NCBI GenBank assembly: GCA_001785865.1
Contig: MFUZ01000006.1
Location: forward strand, 176,880 to 240,879
DNA length: 64,000 nt
Reading direction: 5' to 3'
Source of the DNA: Candidatus Nomurabacteria bacterium RIFCSPLOWO2_01_FULL_41_18
GTDB lineage: Bacteria > Patescibacteriota > Minisyncoccia > Phycocordibacterales > UBA9973
Shown here: positions 57,454 to 64,000 of the stretch, one piece after another
Layout: every line of letters begins with the position of its first letter
Position numbering within the stretch: position 1 is the first letter of the stretch
The notes under the pieces: model-generated
What the model saw: the letters and a program-made list of their open reading frames with translations, nothing else
The model's database searches: none
What the model was told of the DNA's origin: nothing
Position numbers and translations under genes: made by a program

Positions 57454-59526
57454 ACAAATATATTAAAATTGAGTTTGTTGTGTCTGATGGTGTTTAGTTT
57501 TACTGTAAATATTTATGCAGAAGATACTGAAATAGTTGATCCAGAACCAGTACTCCCTCCAGCCGAAATTCCTCTAGATCCAATTCCAGATCCCGTGCCA
57601 GAACCTGATCCAGCACCAACAGTTACATTTATAATTAGAAATGGTGATACATTGATCTACCAAGACACAACCCCTCTTCCTGACATAGAAAATGATAGAA
57701 ATGTATTATCAGTTTTGCAATCTATTGATGAATCAAGTGATGCATTTTCTATAACAAACATTCAAGAATTTTCTTTCGGTAAATATTTAAAATGCATATT
57801 ACCAACTGATGCGACAGAGCTATGCGACAATTGGCAATACGCCGTCGGAAATTTGACGCCTTTCTCGAGCATAGATACTACAATGCTCGTAGGCGGCGAA
57901 ACAGTAGGCATATATTTCGGCACATCGCACCAGCTCGTCTTGAGCAACGAACGCATTACTGAAGGCGGATCATTGACTGCCACTGCTCAAAAATATAATT
58001 ATGAAACCAACGCATGGGATATATTGGAAGGTGTCTCCGTGGGCGTGACCCTGCCAAATCCCGATGACGCCTGGAATCCGATAGTGGTCTCGACCCACCC
58101 TGTCGATGATGTGGGAATAGCAACTATCACCATCGCCGAAGAAAACACATTCACACTCGGCATCGTGGAAGATTTTTACTTTCCTTCATACACCGTAGTC
58201 GTCGAAAAATCCGAAGAAGACGGCGAAAATGGAAGCGAGAATGAGGGAACGAACGGAAGCAACCCTACCCCACACTCTTTCAGCACCGCAGACGCTTTGT
58301 CGTATCTGAAAAGCATGCAAAGCGAAGACGGATCATTCGGAGACTCCGATCTGTACACAGACTGGGCAGGAATTGCTTTTGGATCTATGAATGTAGGCGG
58401 AAGTTCAAAAACTAAAATTCTTTCTTATTTTGAATCTAATAACGAAATTAGTTCCCTTTTGACCGACAATGAAAGGCGTGCGATGACACTTCTCGCGCTT
58501 GATAAAAATCCATATTCTTTTGGTGATGATGAAGTAAATTACATAAAAGCTATTGTGGATGAGTTTGATGGTGAACAGTTTGGTGATGCAGACTTAGTTA
58601 ATGATGATATTTTTGCTTTGATTCCACTTCAAAATGCTGGTTACAATGAAAACGACGATATGATTATAGAAGACATCACTTTTATAATTTCAAAACAAAA
58701 AAGTAACGGCTCATGGGAAGAAAGCGTAGACGTCACAGCGGCAGCTATCCAAGCACTTGAAGCTTTTGATGGAGTAGATGGGGTTTCAAATGCACTCTCG
58801 CAAGCAAGTGCTTATCTCGAAAATGAACAAAACAGTGACGGTGGTTGGGGTAATGTTTCTTCTACAAGTTGGGCAATGCAAGCAGAAAGTGCGCTAAATA
58901 CGTCATGGTCAAAAAATGGAAAAGATGGACTTGATTATCTAGCGACAGGGCAAGAAGAAGACGGCGCAGTTTCCCCTACCGAAGAGACACTTGAAAATCG
59001 CATTTGGGCAACGAGTTATGCAGTTGCCGGAGCTTCGGGAAAGTCATGGGGTGAAATTATGAATTCAGTTTCAAAACCATCAAATCAAGAAGAGAATTCT
59101 GGGAATAATAATGAAAATGATTCAGATGATGAAAATGATTCTAGAGATGACACAGAAGATGAAATAGAGGATGTTGCTCCAGAAGAAACCCAAATTAAAA
59201 CAGTTGTCTGCCCTGTCGGAGATTTTTTTAACGCGACGACTGGAGAGTGGTGCACCGAATTTGTGGTGATAAATAATCCACCAATTATTAAACAAGAAAC
59301 AAAAATAGTAAAAAAAATAGAGATAGTGGAAACTCTAGCGGAAGAAAAAACATTAGGAGAACAAACTTTAACAACAACAGAGACCCTGACAGCAACAGCT
59401 ATCGGTACATTACCTACCGAGCAAAGTGTGCCACCGGAAAAAACTTCCAGTACGACCCCGATTGTTCTCGGAACTCTCGGAGGAATCGTTCTTCTTTATA
59501 TTGCCGCTAAGTTTTTGATCAAATAA
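57451..59526 (+). CDS. Large surface protein with an N-terminal DUF4430-like region, prenyltransferase/squalene-oxidase-type alpha-alpha toroid repeats, an acidic linker, and a Thr-rich C-terminal anchor (TM plus basic tail)
   Basis: The likely true start is MTNILKLSLLCLMVFSFTVNIYA (a signal peptide). The track ORF starts 42 codons earlier and runs through the leader element. Repeats: SEDGSFGDSD..., QKSNGSWEES..., EQNSDGGWGN... and GQEEDGAVSP.... C-terminus ...TLPTEQSVPPEKTSSTTPIVLGTLGGIVLLYIAAKFLIK. Confidence 0.6.
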   Translation: MTNILKLSLLCLMVFSFTVNIYAEDTEIVDPEPVLPPAEIPLDPIPDPVPEPDPAPTVTFIIRNGDTLIYQDTTPLPDIENDRNVLSVLQSIDESSDAFSITNIQEFSFGKYLKCILPTDATELCDNWQYAVGNLTPFSSIDTTMLVGGETVGIYFGTSHQLVLSNERITEGGSLTATAQKYNYETNAWDILEGVSVGVTLPNPDDAWNPIVVSTHPVDDVGIATITIAEENTFTLGIVEDFYFPSYTVVVEKSEEDGENGSENEGTNGSNPTPHSFSTADALSYLKSMQSEDGSFGDSDLYTDWAGIAFGSMNVGGSSKTKILSYFESNNEISSLLTDNERRAMTLLALDKNPYSFGDDEVNYIKAIVDEFDGEQFGDADLVNDDIFALIPLQNAGYNENDDMIIEDITFIISKQKSNGSWEESVDVTAAAIQALEAFDGVDGVSNALSQASAYLENEQNSDGGWGNVSSTSWAMQAESALNTSWSKNGKDGLDYLATGQEEDGAVSPTEETLENRIWATSYAVAGASGKSWGEIMNSVSKPSNQEENSGNNNENDSDDENDSRDDTEDEIEDVAPEETQIKTVVCPVGDFFNATTGEWCTEFVVINNPPIIKQETKIVKKIEIVETLAEEKTLGEQTLTTTETLTATAIGTLPTEQSVPPEKTSSTTPIVLGTLGGIVLLYIAAKFLIK

Positions 59527-59530
59527 AATG

Positions 59531-59615
59531 CGGAGATGGTGAGATTTGAACTCACGATACCTTGCGGTATGCCGGTTTTCGAAACCGGTGCTTTAAACCT
59601 CTCAGCCACATCTCC
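59531..59615 (-). tRNA. tRNA-Ser (anticodon CGA)
   Basis: rc = GGAGATGTGGCTGAGAGGTTTAAAGCACCGGTTTCGAAAACCGGCATACCGCAAGGTATCGTGAGTTCAAATCTCACCATCTCCG. It has a long variable arm, which is typical of Ser tRNAs. Confidence 0.85.
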
Positions 59616-59650
59616 ATGTCTTTTAATCTAGCATTTTTTAAAATTTTGGC

Positions 59651-59680
59651 TAGAAATTAAACAAGGCTTGGAGTTGTACT
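59651..59680. terminator. Perfect 13-bp hairpin CAAGGCTTGGAGT-tgt-ACTCCAAGCCTTG
   Basis: It lies between tRNA-Ser and a GC-rich non-coding stretch. Confidence 0.5.
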
Positions 59681-60097
59681 CCAAGCCTTGCGATGATAAA
59701 ACCCTGATACCCTATTTACCATACTTACCGTCCTACGAGTGAAAGCACCTGACTCTGGAACCGAAGTCCCGTGCCAGTGATCCCTTCATCGGAAACCTTC
59801 GTATTAGTAACGAATGGCATCCAATCCCCTTGCCTTGAACTGTAAACTGCGTTCCACGCCTTCTGTGCAAGTGACGTGAAATATTGTGGGTGTGAGATTG
59901 TTTTCTCGTGCATTTTTGGTTTTAGTTGGGTTTTTGGTTGTTGGGTTGTGCTATGAATTCTCCTCCCGAAGAATCCACAGCGGGTGAACATTAAAACTAC
60001 AAAAATATCCTAGCACGCTTGCTAATTTTTGTCAAGTGTTGTGAAATAATAAAATTAAATTTGTTTTTTTAAAAAAAATGTTATAGTATCCAACATT

Positions 60098-60169
60098 GGC
60101 CCTATCGTCTAACGGTTAGGACAACGGGTTTTCAATCCGTTAATCGCAGTTCGATTCTGCGTAGGGTCA
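60098..60169 (+). tRNA. tRNA-Glu (anticodon UUC)
   Basis: GGCCCTATCGTCTAACGGTTAGGACAACGGGTTTTCAATCCGTTAATCGCAGTTCGATTCTGCGTAGGGTCA. It shares its 5' half with the Glu-CUC tRNA at 42854-42925. Confidence 0.8.
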
Positions 60170-60341
60170 CAGCTACATAAAACAAACCCACTGCTGGGCT
60201 TTTTTATGTGCTGTGACGACCGCAGTGATGTTTTGTCAGTAGACAAAACCACGAGGAGCGGACTGCGAAAATTCTGAGTGACGAAGAAGAATTATTTGTG
60301 GTCACATTTTTGTAAAAAATTGCAAAAAAAAGTGGCCTGCG

Positions 60342-60366
60342 TTTTCCACGCAGGCCAGTGCACCCA
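60342..60366 (-). terminator. Hairpin GGCCTGCGT-tttcc-ACGCAGGCC with a U-run on the minus strand
   Basis: Minus sense: ...GGCCTGCGTGGAAAACGCAGGCCACTTTTTTTTGC. Confidence 0.5.
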
Positions 60367-60759
60367 ATTTGTAGTTATACGAACCTACTGCTTACGCAAA
60401 CCTCATCACCCGATCCTGATCACCACTCCTCCTCCAGTCGGCGACAATGCCACGACTGGTTGGACGAGAAATCAATCTCGGATCATGCCACGTCCTGAAT
60501 CTGATGGTGGGACGATCCAAGCGAACAGGATTTGCTGAGGTTTCTTTGAGACCCTGCCTTACTGCAGGCGCCGTTGCGTTTTGCGTTTGCATTTTTTTTG
60601 TTTTTCGTTTTTGGTTTTACGTTGCTGCTCTTGGTTGAGGAACCAATATGTCGGTGGAGAACCGACACCGAAGAACAGCTTCAAAAAGACTGTACCACAT
60701 CTTCTTTAATAAAGCAATTTTTCCACAATCCCTTTAAAAATAAGCCTAAAAATCAGTGA

Positions 60760-60788
60760 TTGACTTTTGAGTATGAATATGCTATACT
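60760..60788 (+). promoter_or_regulatory. Sigma70 consensus promoter TTGACT-N17-TATACT (plus strand), a twin of the promoter at 6174-6202
   Basis: ttgact-tttgagtatgaatatgc-tatact. Confidence 0.6.
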
Positions 60789-60862
60789 GTAGAGAGTAGG
60801 TAGTAAATAGTTCAAACAACGGTCTCCTTAAAATGGGGACTGCAACAATTCAACCGAAAGAG

Positions 60863-61057
60863 ATTATGAAGTCAAAAAATTCACTCAATGCGAAGTGGTC
60901 TCGGCAAAGATACGAAGACAACAACGAGATCATGAGACTTGGGATATGGGGCATGGCATCGGCTACAGCAGTTTGGTTCACAATCTGCGCCACTTGTAGC
61001 AACGAGTCGGCAACGCATCTGGTGGACTGCTTCCGACACATCGTCGCCAACTGGTAA
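60863..61057 (+). CDS. GC-rich small ORF (about 63 aa) between a consensus promoter and a hairpin terminator. It could alternatively be an ncRNA.
   Basis: RBS gaaagag is 5 nt upstream. Terminator at 61080-61120 (GAGCGCCAAGG...CCTTCGGCGCT plus a T-run). Confidence 0.3.
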   Translation: MMKSKNSLNAKWSRQRYEDNNEIMRLGIWGMASATAVWFTICATCSNESATHLVDCFRHIVANW

Positions 61058-61144
61058 TCTCATGAAAACATCAAATCGTCGAGCGCCAAGGTTCTATTCC
61101 TTCGGCGCTTTACTGTTTTTATATATACTTTATAATCATACTTA

Positions 61145-61741
61145 ATGACTAAAAAAGAAGAACTAGAGAATTTACATAATAAATGGAAACAAGAATGCTC
61201 GTGCGAACTTAAAAAAACAGCCACGCAGGCAGTGCCAGGGGCTGGCAGCCCTGATGCAGAGATAGTCTTTATCGGAGAAGCGCCAGGAAAGAAGGAAGAC
61301 GAACTCGGAATCCCATTTGTCGGATCTGCGGGGAAATTCTTGGACGAAATGCTAGGGTTGATAAATTTAAAAAGAGAAGATATATACATCACAAACGTAG
61401 TAAAGTACCGCCCGCCAAACAATCGCGATCCTAGCCCCGAAGAAAAAAGTGCCTGCCGAGAATGGCTCTTGGAAGAGCTTAAAATAATTTCCCCAAAACT
61501 CATAATCTTCCTCGGGCGTCATGCAATGAACAATTTCTTTCCAGAACTCCAGATATCCGGCGCGCATGGTAAATTATTAATCAAATCTTTCAAAGATATA
61601 TCTACAAAATATTTCTTCCCTCTTTATCATCCAGCAGCTGCTCTGTATGACGGCTCTATGCGTGAAACTTTAAAAGACGATTTTAAAAAAATTCCGAAAG
61701 TCTTGAAGGAGATAGAGAAACGTGAAGAAAAAGCAAATTAG
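61145..61741 (+). CDS. udg: Uracil-DNA glycosylase, family 4
   Basis: GEAPGKKEDELGIPFVGSAGKFLD motif (GE[AG]PG...G.PF.G.AG). Confidence 0.8.
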   Translation: MTKKEELENLHNKWKQECSCELKKTATQAVPGAGSPDAEIVFIGEAPGKKEDELGIPFVGSAGKFLDEMLGLINLKREDIYITNVVKYRPPNNRDPSPEEKSACREWLLEELKIISPKLIIFLGRHAMNNFFPELQISGAHGKLLIKSFKDISTKYFFPLYHPAAALYDGSMRETLKDDFKKIPKVLKEIEKREEKAN

Positions 61742-62511
61742 TGTATAATCTTGAGACAATGTCAGATAAAATAAAAATCGTAATTTTAGCGGCGGGCAAG
61801 GGCAAAAGGATGCAAAGCGCACTGCCGAAGGTTTTGATTCCCTTCAAAAATAAACCCCTAATTTTCCATGTTCTGGATAGCGTAAAAAAATCCGGAGTGG
61901 ATCACAGGCCGACGATCGTCGTTGGACAACAGCGTGAATTGGTGATGAAAACCCTCGGAAATGATTACAATTATATAATACAAGAAGACCAGAAAGGCAC
62001 CGGGCACGCAGTCATCATCGCCCAAAAAACTCTAGAGAATGATGCAGATCACATAGTCGTGCTTTATGGAGACCACCCTTTTGTAAGTCCGGAAACCATA
62101 AAAAAATTAGTGCAGAAACATTTGGACTCTCACGGAAAAATAACATTGGCAACAGTCAAGCTTCCAGACTTCGAGGATTGGCGATCAGTGTTTGCTAAAA
62201 GTTTTTCCCGCATCATTAGAGACGAAAATGAAAATATAATAAAAGATGTACAGTATAAAGATACAACTCTCGAAGAGAGAAAAGTGACTGAAGTAAATCC
62301 ATGCTATTTTTGTTTCGAAGCAAAATGGCTTTGGGAGAAACTTAAAACCTTAAATACAAATAATGCTCAAAAGGAATATTATCTGACTGATTTAGTAAAA
62401 ATAGCTATGCAAGAAAAAATAAAAATAGCATCAATAAATATAGATCCAAAAGAAGCTTTGGGTGTAAACTCTAAAGAAGAATTGGAAGTATTAAATAATT
62501 TGGCAATATAA
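61741..62511 (+). CDS. Sugar nucleotidyltransferase (GlmU N-terminal-like, lacking the acetyltransferase domain)
   Basis: LAAGKGKRMQSALPKVL and YGDHPF motifs. The probable start is MSDKIKIV (61762). Confidence 0.65.
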   Translation: MYNLETMSDKIKIVILAAGKGKRMQSALPKVLIPFKNKPLIFHVLDSVKKSGVDHRPTIVVGQQRELVMKTLGNDYNYIIQEDQKGTGHAVIIAQKTLENDADHIVVLYGDHPFVSPETIKKLVQKHLDSHGKITLATVKLPDFEDWRSVFAKSFSRIIRDENENIIKDVQYKDTTLEERKVTEVNPCYFCFEAKWLWEKLKTLNTNNAQKEYYLTDLVKIAMQEKIKIASINIDPKEALGVNSKEELEVLNNLAI

Positions 62512-62518
62512 TCATCAT

Positions 62519-63769
62519 ATGCATCCCCCACACAATCCATTTGAAAACGCGATGGCCCAGCTCGACCTCGCCGCAAAGCTAAGAAACTTTGACGACAGTT
62601 TTATTGACAGCCTGAGGGAACCGAACCGCGACATCAGAGTCTCGATCAAAGTAAAAATGGATAATGGGGGGACGGAAATATTTGAAGGATATCGGGTGGA
62701 ATACAACAATTCCCTCGGGCCCTACAAGGGCGGAATAAGGTATCATCCTAAAACAGAGATAAATGAAGTGAAGGCTCTCGCCTTCTGGATGACGCTCAAA
62801 TGCGCCGTAGTAGGCATCCCGATGGGCGGAGGCAAAGGCGGAATAACTGTCGAGCCAAAAAATTTATCAAAATCGGAATTAGAGAGACTTTCCCGCGGGT
62901 GGGTAGAGAGCCTTTCTGACGTCTTGGGGCCATACAAGGACATCCCTGCTCCGGATATAAACACTACTCCGGAGATAATGGCGTGGATGGCAGATGAATT
63001 TGCAAAAATATCCGGCGACAAAACTCTCGCCACCTTTACCGGCAAACCGATGGCGAAAGGAGGCTCAGAGGGGCGAAATGAAGCCACCGGCCTAGGCGGG
63101 TTTTACGTTTTAGAAACACTACGCAAAGAAATAGGATTACCGGAAAAATGCGAGGTAGCTATCCAAGGATTTGGAAACGTGGGCAGTAATGCGGCGAAAA
63201 TTTTTATTGATCATGGGCATAAAGTGACAGCCGTTTCAGATTCTCAAAGCGGAATTTATAACCCGAACGGTCTCGATATCAAAAAAGTCTTGGAATTTAA
63301 AAAAAATACCGGAACCCTATTAAATTTTTCAAAAGAAAATCCGGAATGTAAGAACATTACCAACGAAGAACTCCTTGAATTGCCTTGTGATATTCTCATC
63401 CCGGCCGCCTTTGAAAATGTCATCACCGGCTCTAACGCCGACAAAATACAGGCACGAGCGATTCTGGAGCTCGCTAATGGGCCGGTCACTCCGGAAGCGG
63501 ACGAGATCCTATTTAAAAAAAACATCCCCGTCATACCGGACATATTGGCCAATGCTGGCGGAGTGACAGTGTCTTATTTTGAATGGGAGCAAAATCTAAA
63601 GGGTGAGCATTGGACACCAGAGCAAATTTTTGAAAAATTAAGACCAATAATGGAAACCGCTTCCAGTGAAATATTTAACAAAGCCAAAGATGTCAATACT
63701 TCTCTCCGCATGGGAGCTTTTATAGTGGCTCTTGAAAGAATTCAGCGAAAAAAATTAAGTAGCATTTAG
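62519..63769 (+). CDS. gdhA: Glutamate dehydrogenase
   Basis: GPYKGGIRYHP and GGGKGG motifs, and a C-terminal Rossmann motif GFGNVG. Confidence 0.9.
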   Translation: MHPPHNPFENAMAQLDLAAKLRNFDDSFIDSLREPNRDIRVSIKVKMDNGGTEIFEGYRVEYNNSLGPYKGGIRYHPKTEINEVKALAFWMTLKCAVVGIPMGGGKGGITVEPKNLSKSELERLSRGWVESLSDVLGPYKDIPAPDINTTPEIMAWMADEFAKISGDKTLATFTGKPMAKGGSEGRNEATGLGGFYVLETLRKEIGLPEKCEVAIQGFGNVGSNAAKIFIDHGHKVTAVSDSQSGIYNPNGLDIKKVLEFKKNTGTLLNFSKENPECKNITNEELLELPCDILIPAAFENVITGSNADKIQARAILELANGPVTPEADEILFKKNIPVIPDILANAGGVTVSYFEWEQNLKGEHWTPEQIFEKLRPIMETASSEIFNKAKDVNTSLRMGAFIVALERIQRKKLSSI

Positions 63770-64000
63770 TTAATTTAAAAATACTTATAAATCTGCGATA
63801 GCAGAAACATAAGTAACTTTATTTTTTAAACATGTAACCTTTTGCTAATTTGAAAGTTTTCAACCCATCTTTAATACCTATACTTTCCACATATTCCAAA
63901 AATTCCCTTGGAAGAGGTGAAGGTCCCACCCATACACTTTTCTGAATCATTAAATAATTGAACTTTTTTAGGTGCCAGCGAAGCCATTCCCTTTCAGCTT

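Noticed and set aside
59725-59991. 88-aa minus-strand ORF next to tRNA-Ser
   Set aside because: It has no RBS and no homology, and it overlaps a structured GC-rich segment more consistent with non-coding RNA or decayed DNA.
59700-60090. RNase P RNA or tmRNA call for the GC-rich stretch between tRNA-Ser and tRNA-Glu
   Set aside because: There are only partial look-alikes of P4-region strings (GGGAGGAGAA..., ACAGAAGG) and no GGAAAGTCCGG core or tRNA-like 3' domain. That is not enough for a feature call, so it is kept as a finding to be tested with covariance models.

Overview
This is an AT-rich window (about 35-38% GC by eye) with dense, short, mostly minus-strand genes. TGA is used as a stop codon (the rmuC gene ends in TGA). 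The gene content looks like a reduced-genome bacterium, possibly a Patescibacteria/CPR-like lineage. Recognisable housekeeping content includes a partial alr plus a tandem ddl fusion; map, rseP and frr; holB and mreB; rsmI; a complete F-type ATP synthase operon (atpB-E-F-H-A-G-[extra HExxH gene]-D-[repeat]-C); prfA, rpmE and rplY; fba, gatB, a MacAB-like ABC efflux trio, obg, msrAB and rmuC; a dcw cluster (mraZ-rsmH-ftsL-ftsI-murF); lysS and greA; rpsU-ybeY-ftsA-ftsZ-trxB; udg and gdhA; and four tRNAs (Ile-GAU, Glu-CUC, Ser-CGA, Glu-UUC). The most interesting material is non-canonical. (1) Several families of repeated non-coding modules: a roughly 134-bp dispersed repeat (three copies, two forming an inverted pair around a 3.3-kb segment that splits atpD from atpC); a leader motif that embeds the start codon inside a hairpin (three copies); a two-hairpin 5'UTR motif before atpE, atpB and lysS; and GC-rich CCCGCC/GGCGGG hairpins, including three in-frame mini-insertions coding RRGG/RGG inside alr, map and atpC, reminiscent of Rickettsia RPEs. 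(2) A small cassette-like islet at 39.0-40.6 kb with duplicated promoter and terminator modules, a PaaX-like regulator bracketed by identical 34-bp palindromes, and a (TG)7 tract in a promoter spacer. (3) An unusual 566-aa Cys-rich protein with terminal zinc ribbons. (4) An unannotated 56-aa double SEC-C-motif protein. (5) GC-rich blocks that look foreign (three secreted proteins at 20.6-23.1 kb, and two GC-rich cargo genes driven by near-identical TTGACT-17-TATACT promoters). (6) A surface-protein cluster (two DUF4430-like secreted proteins and a 691-aa prenyltransferase-repeat protein with a sorting-signal-like C-terminus). No CRISPR array, rRNA or obvious transposase was seen.
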